Assembly (NCBI RefSeq): GCF_963921235.1
Contig: NC_086100.1
Span: forward strand, 203,610,001-203,674,000
Reading direction: 5' to 3'
Source of the DNA: Mobula hypostoma
Lineage: Eukaryota
DNA: 64,000 bases
Position numbers and translations under genes: made by a program. Under the pieces are notes generated by a model. That model worked only from the letters and a program-made list of their open reading frames with translations. It had not been told where the DNA came from and ran no database searches. Position 1 is the stretch's first letter; each line of letters begins with the position of its first letter. Shown in pieces: positions 1 to 11,800 of this stretch.

Positions 1-151
1 CAGGTCCGAGATCTACGTCCCTGGGTACGATACCCGTACCTTTTCTTCAAGGAGACTCGCTCCTGGCTCGGGACCATGGTGTGTGGCTGAGCTCAAAACC
101 AAGGCAAATCTTGGCTAATGGCTAATGTCTCCAGTCTGGCAGTTCCGTGGT
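1..151 (-). pseudogene. Decayed duplicate of the bait-region exon (runs off the window start)
   Basis: Minus frame reads ...GPEPGASLLEEKVRVSYPGT*ISDL against [16 protein letters not shown], with TAG at 15-13 replacing Trp. Upstream 'aacatgaaata' (156-166) matches the acceptor flank of the intact copy, but the AG is mutated. Confidence 0.85.
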
Positions 152-540
152 GTTTAACATGAAATATTTGGAATGAAAGATTCGGAGTGGCCGTTGGAGA
201 GTGAGCGAGGGGGTACGAAAGTCCGAGGGTCGAAGTCTCCGGGCTGGTGGGCGTTCGCAGAGCAGGGTAATCGTGTTAGGTTCTGAGGGGTTCGAACTAC
301 TTAGAGAGAGCTGTTGTTACACCCCTCCCTGCCTCTGTAAACCCATCTATCCCCCCCGGCAACAACAGCCTTCTCCCCGTCTATAATGCCACGTAGGACC
401 TAAAACATTTCCCCATATCCGTAACCCCTCCCAGCGTCTACACCCCTCCGCGTCTCTATATTGCCCTCAGGACCCAACACCCCTCCCTTTATCTATCACC
501 CCTCCAAACGCAGCACCACACTGTATCTCTGTAACCCCTC

Positions 541-905
541 TGGAACCTCAGAATAAGCCGGGAAAATATGGCTCAGAGAGTCTGACATCGGAGCGGGAAA
601 GTTATTGGGAGGTATTCTAAGGGGTCAGATTCTGCACATAACTATTCGAATAGACATAGACTGAGTCAGCATTGCTACCTGCTTAGCAAATTATGTCTAA
701 CCAATCTCAAAGAGATTTTCGAGGATATTACCAGGAATGAGGGCAAGGCAGTGGAAGTTGTCTCCACGGACTTCAGCGAGGGATTTGACAAGGTCCCGCA
801 TGGGAGGTTGGTCAGGAAGTTTCAGTCTCTCGGCATTCAGGATGAGGTAGTATATTGGATTAGACACTGGCTTTGTGGGGGAAGCCAGAGAGTGGTATTT
901 GATGT
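541..905 (+). mobile_element. Old CR1 RT fragment, copy A of a locally duplicated unit
   Basis: Translates to [17 protein letters not shown]; homologous fragments at 1800-2255 and 3436-3640 plus 4860-5066. Confidence 0.75.
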
Positions 906-909
906 TATC

Positions 910-1550
910 CTACGAGCAGCCCCAACAGCCCTCCCTGCTCTACACCCATCACGTCCAGGTCACTGCCTCTTTTCCCTACACCCTTCCCCATCTCCGTCAT
1001 CCCCTCCCTCCCCTACACACCTCCCCTACTGTTACCCTTCTCCCCGTACACCTCCAGTCTCCGTCACACCTCCCACCCCAACACACTTCTCTATCTCCTT
1101 CTCCCCTCCCTCCACCACAGCCCTACGCGTCTCTGTCAATCACTCTCTCCCCTACACTTCTTCCCGTCTCCGTCGCCCCCTCTCTCCACTACACCGTTCG
1201 CGTCTCTTTCACCGCTTATTCCCCTACACCCATCCCAGCTCCGTCACCCCTTGCTCCCCTACACCCCTCTCTATCACCAACAAACCTTTCCCATACACCC
1301 CTCCCCATTTCCGTCACCATCTCGCTCCTTGTCTTCGTCAACTCCTCCGTCCCTACACCCCTTCCGTCTCTGTCACCGCATCTCTCCCCGTCTCCGTCAC
1401 ACTCTGCCTCCCCTACACCGGTCCCGTATCTACCACCTGCCCTCCCCTACACAGAGCATGTCCGTCAACTCTCCCAACCCTGCACATATCTCCGTCTCCA
1501 CAACTAATCCCTCCGTTACTCAACCCGTCTCCGTCACTCCCCCTCCCTAT
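910..1550. repeat. Degenerate C-rich minisatellite (CCCTACAC...CCGTCTCCGTCAC); related tracts at about 2270-2790, 5070-5210 and 7340-7540
   Basis: Recurrent ccctacac and ccgtc words. Confidence 0.75.
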
Positions 1551-1799
1551 GTAGATGTGGCCACATGGAGTGCGACAGGCTGGGCGTCTCATGTGCTCCA
1601 AGAGTTTGTGAATGGGAAGTTCTCACGAACTGCTTGGGGAGGGGTGCCATTTCACACCTCTCTGTCTCTACAAAACCCCTCCGAACCTAACACCTCTCCC
1701 TGTCTCCCTTCTACATTCCTGCCAGAATCTGTAATCCCCTCAAGCTGCTATACCCCACCCCACATCGGAAACCTCCAACGGTCCCTCTTCTCCTCCTGG

Positions 1800-2255
1800 A
1801 CCCTGTGGGTGGCAAATGCAAAAGGGCAGAGATATGTAAATCATCCTTAGCCCCTGGAGATGCGCTGGCGGATTAAAGGATGTCGAATGTTGTTCCGTTG
1901 TTTAAGAAAGGCTCCAAGTACAAACTAGGAAAATGTAGTCCAGCGAGACCGAGATCAGTGGTGGTAAGGTTATTGGAAGCTACTCTAATGCATTGGATAT
2001 ATAATGATTTGGATTGACAGGACTGATTAGGGAAAGTCAGCATGCTTTTTGCCTGCTAGATCATGTCTGCCAAAACTTTTAGAATTGTTCGAAGAAGTTA
2101 ACAAGAAAGTTGATAGCTCAAGGCAGTGGATATTGTCTACATGGACATTAGCAATACAATCAACAAGGTCCTGCATAGGAGGTTGGTCAGGAAGGTTTAG
2201 TTGTTTGGCATTCAAGATGAGTTAGCAAATTGGATTAGATATTGATTCTGATGGA
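1800..2255 (+). mobile_element. Old CR1 RT fragment, copy B of the duplicated unit
   Basis: Degenerate CR1 RT (NVVPLFKKG); left breakpoint 'ccctgtgg' and flank shared with the copy at 3436. Confidence 0.75.
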
Positions 2256-3031
2256 AACCAACCACCAGCCGCTGCAGCCCTCCACGTCTCCGTCAACACC
2301 CCCCCCCGCCCACTTCCCCTATACTCCACCCAGTCTCGGTCATGCCCTCCCTCCCGTACAACCGTCTGTCGCCAGCACTTCCTCCCTCCCCTACCCCCTC
2401 CCCGTCTCTGTCACTCCCTCCTTCACCTACTCCCCTCCCTGTCTCCGTCACTCCCTTCCTCCTCTACACCTTACAGTCTTCAACCCATACCTACCCTACA
2501 CCCCCATCTCTGACACCCCCTTCCTCCTCTACACCCGTCCTCGTCACCCTCAACACCTCCCTGTCCTCATCACACACTGCCCTCACTACACTCCTCCCCA
2601 TATCTGTCAGCCCCTCTCTCCCCTTCACACCTACACATCTCTGTTACTCTCTCCTTCCACTGCACATCTCCCTGTTTCCGTCACTCACTCCCTCCCCTAC
2701 ATCTCTCCTTGTCTCTGTGATGTCCTCCAGTCTCAATACCCCCGTAGTCCGTCTATCTAGCTTCGCGTTTCTGTCACCTCTCCTCTGATCCACAATACCC
2801 CTATGATCCTTGCTCTCTCTGTAACTCAGGTATGTCCCCACCCCACCTCTCCGTTACTCGGCTAGGTCTCCACAACGATCTCTCTGTGTAACAGGTGTGC
2901 CCATGACCCCGATCCCGGTCGGACAATCGATAGCGCGGAGACTCTGTTCCTGTCGGGAGATGTATTTCCCACGGCCCCAGCGAGCGGGGTCTCGGAACCC
3001 GGGCACCATTCCCAGGTCAGGGAGGCCCTAC

Positions 3032-3179
3032 CTGGCAGGGATCAGGTCCCAGATCCAGGTCTCTGGGAAGTATTCCCGGATCTTTTCTTCAGGGCGAGGC
3101 ATTTCTGGCAAACCACCACTGGCTGGACGCGCAGGTGCACTGGATTCCATCAACGGTTGAACTTCCAGGCTTGCGGAAT
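3032..3179 (-). CDS. A2M-like: A2M-like bait-region exon (exon 18 equivalent, 148 nt), intact copy: (H)[48 protein letters not shown]
   Basis: TGCAG acceptor, GTAGGG donor, phase 1 to 2, open; FPETWIWDL motif. Confidence 0.93.
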
Positions 3180-6100
3180 CTGCAACATGAAATACCCAGT
3201 GAAAAGCAACTGGCTTTGTAAATGCCCCCAGGGCAGAATACCTCTTCCGATATCTGCAAACTCTTCCAGCTATTACAAACCTCCCTGTCTCTAAACTGCC
3301 CCTCACGACCTAATATCTCTCCTCGTCCCCGTCACCCTTCCTGCCTGCACATTCCAGCCTGTATGAGTATATGCCTGCAGCCGCTACGCCCATCCCCAAC
3401 TCTGAAACCTCCAGCAGTCCCTACACTTGTCCCGCACCCTGTGGAAGGCAGGTGCAGAATAGTAGAGATAGTTAAAACATCCTTAGCTACTGGTGGTGCA
3501 CTAGAGGTTAGAGGACAGCTAATGTTGTACGTTGTTTATGAAAGGCTGCAAGTATAATCTATAGTCAAGCGAGACTGACATCAGTAATGGGAAAGTTATT
3601 GGAAGCCATATAATTTTGTGGATTGTCAAGGACTGATTAGAAACGTAAAAACAGAGAAACATGGAAAATACACAGCGCAATACAGGCCCTTCGGCCCACA
3701 AAGCTGTGCCGGATATGGCCCTACCTTAGAACTACCGAGGCTTTACCCATAGCCCTCTATTTTTCTAAGATCCATATAGCCATCCAGGAGTCTCTTAAAA
3801 GACCCTATCGTTTCCGCCCCCACCAGTCCCGCCAGCAGCCCATTCCACGCACTCACCAATCTCTGCGTAAAAAAAATTTACCCCTGACATCTCCTCTGCA
3901 CCAACTTCCAAGCACCTAAAAACTATGCCCTCCCGTGCTAGCTGTTTCAGCCCTGGGGGAAAAGCCTCCGATTATCCAAAAGATCAATGCCTCTCATTAC
4001 CTTGTACACCTCTATCAGGTCACCTCCCATCCTCCGTCGCTCCAAGGAGAAGAGGCCGAGTTCACTCAACCTATTCCCATGAGGCATGTTCCCTAATCCA
4101 GGCAACATTCTTGTAAATCTCCTCTGCGCCCTTTCTATGGTTTCCACATCCTTCCTGTAGTGAGGCGACCAGAACTGAGCACAGTACTCCAAGTGGGGTC
4201 TGACCAGGGTCCTATATAGCTGCAACATTACCTCTCGGCTCTTAAACTCAATCCCACAATTGATGAAGACCAGTGCACCGTATGCCTTCTTAAGCAAAGA
4301 GTCAACTTATGTAGCAGCTTTGAGTGTCCTATGGACTCGGATCGCAAGATCCCTCTGATCCTCCACACTGCCAAGAGTCTTACCATTAATGCCATATTCT
4401 GCCATCATATTTGACCTACCAAAATGAACCAGCTCACACTTATCTGGATTGAACTCCATCTGCCACTTCTCAGCACAGTTTTGCATCCTATCAATGTCCC
4501 GCTGTAACCTCTGACAGCCCTCCATACTATCCACAACACCCCCAACTTTTGTGTCGTCAGCAAATTTACTAACCCATCCCTCCACTTCCTCTTCTACTTC
4601 CCAGAACAGATCCCTGAGGCACACCACTGGTCACTGGCCTCTATACAGAAAATAATCCGGCTGCAACCACTCTTTGGCTTCTGAGGGCAAGCCAGTTCTG
4701 GATCCAGAAAGCAATGTCTTCCTGGACATTCCTTTCCAGAATCTGTCTCCCTATCTGCTCCCTGATGTCCCTGTTACTATTGGGTGGTCTATAAAAACAC
4801 CCAGTAGAGTTATTGACCCCTTCCTATCTCTAACTTCCACCCACAGAGACACCGCAGACTTTGTGCATTTTAGATTATCTCTGTCCAATCATCGAGTTTT
4901 TCGAGCACGTAACCAGGAATGTTGATGACTCAAGGCGGTAGATGAGGACTACACAGACATTAGCAATGTATTTGACAAGGTCCTGCCTGGGAAATTGGTC
5001 AGGAACGTTCCGACACTCGGCATTAGTTTAGCTTTGTGGGAGAAGCCATAGAGTGGCAGTTGATGGCATCCCACTACCACGCCCTACATCCCTCCCAGTT
5101 TCTGTAGCTCCCTCCTCCTGTATACCCGTTCCAGACTCCGTTTCACCCTCCCTCCCTATTCCCCGTTTCTGTTAATCCCTTTCTCCCTTCTCCGTCACCC
5201 TCTTTTTCCAAACTTGGATTTTTGCCAATCCCAGTTGTTCCTCCTCATTGTTCATTCCAGTTTGGCAAAAGAATAAACCAGGGAAGGTAGTGCACCCGTT
5301 GCTGACAAGAGAAATTAGGGATAGTATCAATTCCAAAGAAGAAACATACAAATTAGCCAGAAAAAGTGGCTCACCTGAGGACTGGGAGAAATTCAGAGTC
5401 CAGCAGAGGAGGACAAAGGGCTTAATTAGGAAGGGGAAAAAGATTATGAGAGAAAGCTGGCAAGGAACATAAAAACTGATTGTAAAAGCTTTTATAGATA
5501 TATGGAAAAAAAAAAGATTGGTTAAGACAAATGTAGGTCCCTTACAGTCAGAAATAGGTGAATTGATCATGGGGTATAAAGGACATGGCAGACCAATTGA
5601 ATAACTACTTTGGTTCTGTCTTCACTAAGGAGGACATAAATAGCCTTCCGGAAATATTAGGGGACCGGTGGTCTAGTGAGATGGAGAAACTGAGGGAAAT
5701 ACATGTTAGTAGGGAAGTGGTGTTAAGTAAATTGAAGGGATTAAAGGCAGATAAATCCACAGGGCCAGATGGTCTGCATCCCAGAGTGTTTAAGGAAGTA
5801 GCCCAAGAAACAGTGGATGTATTAGTGACAATTTTTCAAAACTCTTTGGAATCTGGATTAGTTCCTGAGGATTAGAGGATGGCTAATGTAACCCCGCGTT
5901 TCAAAAAAGGAGCGAGAGAGAAACCGGGGAATTATAGACCGGTTAGCCTGATGTCGGTGGTGGGGAAAATGCTAGAGTCAGTTATCAAAGATGTGATAAC
6001 AACACATTTGGAAAGCGGTGAAATCATCCGACAAAGTCAGCACGGATTTGTGAAAGGAAAATCATGTCTGACGAATCTCATCGAATTTTTTGAGGATGTA

Positions 6101-8781
6101 ACTAGTAGAATTGATAGGGGAGAACCAGTGGATGTGGTATATTTGGATTTTCAAAAGGCTTTTGACAAGGTCCCACACAGGAGATTAGTGTGCAAACTTA
6201 AAGTACACGGTATTGGGGTAAGGTATTGATGTGGATAGAGAATTGGTTGGCAGGCTGGAAGCAAAGACTGGGAATAAACGGGACCTTTTCAGAATGGCAG
6301 GCAGTGACTAGTGGGGTACTGCAAGGCTCAGTGCTGGGACCCGAGTTGTTTACAATATATATTAATGACTTGGATGAGGGAATTAAATGCAGCATCTCCA
6401 AGTTTGCGGATGACACGAAGTTGGGTGGCAGTGTTAGCTGTGAGGAGGATGCTAAGAGGATGCAGGGTGACTTGGATAGGTTAGGTGAGTGGGCAAATTC
6501 ATGGCAGATGCAATGTAATATGGATAATTGTGAGGTTATCCACTTTGGTGGCAAAAACAGGAAAACAGATTATTATCTGAATGGTGGCCGATTAGGAAAA
6601 GGGGAGGTGCAACGAGACCTGGGTGTCATTATGCACCAGTCATTCAAAGTGGGTATGCAGGTACAGCAGGCGATGAAAAAGGCGAATGGTATGCTGACAT
6701 TCATAGCAAGAGGATTCGAGTACAGGAGCAGGAAGGTACTACTGCAGTTGTACAAGGCCTTGGTGAGACCACACCTGGAGTATTGTGTGCAGTTTTGGTC
6801 CCCTAATCTGAGGAAGACATTCTTGCCATTGAGGGAGTACAAAGGAGGTTCACCAGATTGATTCCTAAGATGGCAGGACTTCCATATGATGAAACCTGAA
6901 TTGACTAGGCTTATACTCGCTGGAGTTTAGAAGATTGAGGGAGGATCTTATTGAAACGTATAAAATTCTAAAGGGATTGGACAGGCTAGATGCATAAAGA
7001 TTGTTCCCGATGTTGAGGAAGTCCAGAACAAGGGGTCACAGTTTGAGGATAAAGGGGAAGCCTTTTAGGACCGAGATGAGGAAAAACTTCTTCACACAGA
7101 GAGTGGTGAATCTGTGGAATTCTCTGCCACAGGAAACAGTTGAGGCCAGTTCATTGGCTAGATTTAAGAGGCAGTTAGATATGGCCCTTGTGGCTAAAGG
7201 GATCGGGGGTTATGGAGAGAAGGCAGGTACAGGGTTCTGAGTTGGATGATCAGCCATGATCATACTGAATGGCGGTGCAGGCTAGAAGGGCTGAATGACC
7301 TACTCCTGTACCTATTTTCTATGTTTCTCTGTTTCCACTACATCCCTCCCTTCCTTCGTCGCCTCTTCACTCCCCAATTCCCCACCTGTTCTCTGTCAGA
7401 CCTCCCTCGCACACGACACTCCCCGTTTCCACATTCCCTCGCTTCCCTATATCCCAACGAGTCTCCTACACCTACTCCTTCCACTTCCTCTCTTCCAATT
7501 TCCGTCAGCCCCTCTCTCTTCTGCGCCCCTCCCCGTCCTCACTGGAATACATATGTATACAATGAGGTGTCAGGTAAATGTGTAGCTGAAGGATTAGAAC
7601 AGGGGACAGGGATTCAGAATTCGGATAATTGGGACAACTTCTGGGGCAGGTGGGAACTGTACATGAGGGATGGGTTGCACTTGAATCCGAGGGGGACCAA
7701 TATTTACGTGAACTATTGGGAGTGGTTTAAACTAATATGGCAGGGGGCTGGGAACCAGTCTGATAGAGCAGAGGATAAGCCAGCAGGATTACCAGTAGAT
7801 GTTGTGTGTAACATGAGTATAAGGAGGTACAAGCGAATGATTGGGCACTAATGCAGACAGAAAAAAAAACCGGTTAAATTGTACCTATTTAATTCAAAAG
7901 GGCGAACAATGCAGTACAGAAGGTGCTCCATTTAAATGCACGAAGAATTCAGAATAAGGTGGACAAACTTGTGGTACAATTAGGGATTGTTTGGTATAAC
8001 GCTGTGGGCTGAAAGAAGGCCAGAGTTGGGAGCTGAACATCAAAGGATATACTTTGAATCGGATGGACAGGCAGGAAGATATAGGCGGTGGTGTGGCTTT
8101 GTTGCCAAGAGATGCAGTTACCTCATTAGAAAGAGGTGACATAGGGTTAGAGAATGGTGAAACCCAGTGGGCGTACTTAAAAATTGCAAGGGTGAAAAAA
8201 CATTATGGGAATCATATATAGACCCCAAATATTAGCCAAAATGTGGGGTTGACATTGCAAAGGGAGCTGGAAAAGGCATGTAATAAGGGTCACACGACAA
8301 TTGTATTGGGGGACGTCAATATGCCGGGAGACGGGGATATCAGTTTGGTGTCAGATCGTAAGAGAGGGAATTTGTTGAATGCCTACGAGATGGTTCTTTA
8401 GAGCAGATTGAGCTTGAGCCTCAGACATGAGGAAATCTGCAGATGTTGGAAATTCAAGCTACGCATACAAAATGCTGGTGAACGCAGCAGGCCAGGCAGC
8501 ATCTATAGGAAGAGGTACAGTCGACGTTTCGGGCCGGGACCCTTCGTCAGGACTAACTGAAGGAGGAGCTAGTAAGAGATTTGAAAGTGGGAGGGGAGAT
8601 CCGAAATGATAGCAGAAGACAGGAGGGGGAGGGATGGAGCCAAGAGCTGGAAAGTTGATTGGCAAAAGGGCTACCAGGCTGGAGAAGGGAGAGAATCATG
8701 GGACGGGAAGCCTGGGAGAAAGCAAAGGGGGAGGGGAGCCCGGAGTGTGGAGAGCAGGCAAGGAGTCATAGTGAGAGGGAG

Positions 8782-8850
<69 letters not shown>

Positions 8851-11800
8851 GGGGGGATAAAAATATATTAAAATATATTAAATAAATTATTAAGTAAGGG
8901 ATGGGGTGTGAAGAGGCGGAGGGGCATTAACGGAAGTTAGAGAAGCCAATATTCATGCCATCAGGTTGGAGGCTACCCAGACGGAATATAAGGTGTTGTT
9001 CCTCCAACCTGAGTGTGGCTTCATCTTTACAGTAGAGGAGGCCGTGGATAGACATCTCAGAATGGGAATGGGATGTGGAATTAAAATGTGTGGCCACTGG
9101 GAGATCCTGCTTTCTCTGGCAGACAGACCGTAGGTGTTCAGCGAAACGGTCTCCAGCCTGCTTCGGGTCTCGCCAATATATGGAAGACCGCACCGGGAGC
9201 ACTGGACGCAGTATATCACCCCAGCCGACTTACAGGTGAGGTGTCCCCTCACCTGGAAGGACTGTTTGGGGCCCTGAATGGTGGTAAGGGAGGAAGTGTA
9301 AGGGCATGTGTAGCACTTGTTCCGCTTACAAGGATAAGTGCCAGGAGGGAGATCAGTGGGGAGGGATGGGGGGGACGAATGGACAAGGGAGTCGCGTAGG
9401 GAGCGATCCCTGCGGAAAGCAGAAAGGGGGGGAGGGAAAGATGTGCTTGGTGGTGGGATCCCGTTGGAGGTGGCGGAAGTTACGGAGAATAATATGTTGG
9501 ACCCGGAGGCTGGTGGGGTGGTAGGTGAGGACCAGGGGAACCCTATTCCTAGTGGGGTGGCGGGCGGATGGAGTGAGAGCAGATGTACGTGAAATGGGGG
9601 AGATGCATTTGAGAGCAGAGTTGATGGTGGAGGAAGGGAAGCCCCTTTCTTTAAAAAAGGAAGACATCTCCCTCGTCCTAGAATGAAAAGCCTCATCCTA
9701 CTCGAGCCTACTCGGGGAAAGGCAATCTTTGATTGGGTGTTGTGCAATAACCCAGATAATAGGGAGTATAAAACGGAGGCAAAGATCATAATATGATTGA
9801 ATTTACACAGAAAACTGAGAAAGAGAAGAGCAACTCACGTGCATCAGTATCGCATTGGAATAAAGGGAATTACAGAGGCATGAGAGAGGAGCTTGCCCAG
9901 GTGTATTTGAGTGTAATACTGGCGGGATGACCGCAGAACAGAGGTGGCTGTACTGTCTGGGAATAGTTCGCGGGGGCACAGGGCAGGTATGTCCCACAGA
10001 AAAATAAAAGTTGTCAAATGGCATCAGTAGGGAACGGTGGCTGACAAAGAAAGTTAAGGCCTGTATAAAAGCCAGGGACAGAACATATAAGGTAGCAAAA
10101 GTGGAAGTTGGAAGTTGGATATTTGGATGTTTTTAAGATCAAACAAAAGGCAATTAAAAAGAAATTAGGGAAAAGGTGAACTATGAGGGCAGACTTGCCA
10201 GTAATATAAAACAGAACACTAAATTTGTTTTCAATGATATAAGGAATATAAAAGAGATCAGGTTTGATATTGGACGACTGGGGTATGATGCCGGGAAGTA
10301 GTATTGGGGGACAAAGAAATGGCTGATGAACTTAATAAGGACTTTGCTTCAGTCCTTAATTTGGAAGAGACTAGCTGTTTGCCATCGGACCGTCAGTGTC
10401 AGGGCGCACGGGCGAGTGCCTTTGATATTACAAAGGGAAAAGGGCTGGGCAAACTCAAAGGTCTTTGGGTAAACGCCTGGACCAGATCGACTACATCTTA
10501 GAGTCCCGAAATAGGTTGCTGAAGAGATAACGGGTGCATTGGGCATGATCTTTCAATAATTACTTGATTCTGGCATGGTCCTGGAGGACTGGAAAATTGT
10601 AAATCTCTTTTACAGTGGAGGAAAGCAAAGAAAACACATTGTAGCCGATTTAGCCTAACCTCAGTGGTTGGGAAAGTGTTGGGTCTATTATTAAGGATGA
10701 GGTTTCGAAGTACTTGGAGACTAATGATAAAATAAGTCAACATGGTTTCTTGGTTTCTGTGAAGGGAAATCTTGCTGACAAATCTGTTTGAGTTCTTTGA
10801 CGAATTAATAAGCAGGGTAGACAACGGAGAGGCAGTGCATTTACTTTGATGTTCAGAAGGTGTTTCATGAAGTGCTACACATGAACCTGCTAAACAAGAT
10901 AAAGTCTTACTGAATTACTGGAAAGATATTGGCATGGAATGCGGAAAGGCTGACAGGTTGGAGGCAGCGAGTGGGAATGAAGGGGCTTTTTTTTCTGGTT
11001 GGCTGCCGGTGAGTAATGGTGTTCGTCAAGTGTCAGTATTGGGACCACTACATTTCACTTTGTTTGTCAGTGATTAAGAAAATGGAACTGAGAGCTTTGT
11101 AGCAAGGTTTGAGGATGATACGAAGATAGGTAGAAGGGTAGGTAGTGCTGAGGAAGCAATCCGATTGCAGCAGGACTTAGACAAACCAGAGCTATGGGCA
11201 GAAAAAATAGCAGGTGGTATACAGTGCTGGAAAATGTAAGATAATTCATTTTGGTAAAAGGAACAATAGTGTGGAATATTAACTAAATGGGAAGAATATC
11301 CAATCATCAAAGGTGCAGAGGGGCTGAGAAGCAAGACTCCCGGAAGGTTTATTTACAGCTGAATCCGTGGTAAAGTAGGCAAATGCAATGTTGCCATTTA
11401 TCTCAAGTAGAATGTAAGAACAAGGAGACAATGGCGAGTCTTTATAAGACAAAGTCAGGCCACACCTGGAGTATTGCCAACAGTTTTGGGTCTGATATCC
11501 CAGAAAGGTTGTGTTGTCATTGGAGAGAGTCCAGAGAAGATTCACTGCGGTAATTCCGGGAATGAAGGGGTTAACATATGAGTAGTGTTTGGCAACTTTG
11601 TGCCTGTACTCACTGGAATTTCGAAGAATGTGGGGGTATTCGTTGAAACCCACCGAATGTTGAAAGGACTAGCTAGGTGGAATTGGAGTGGATGTTACCT
11701 CTGGCGGTGATATCGACAACTGGAGGGGAAAGCCTCAAAATTGTGGGGCGACCCTTTCGAACAGAGGTAAGGAGGAATTTATTTTATCCAGACAGTAGCA

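Noticed and set aside
751..2788. Pro/Ser/Thr-rich ORFs resembling mucin or extensin
   Set aside because: Translations of the C-rich minisatellite, open in several frames, with no splice support.
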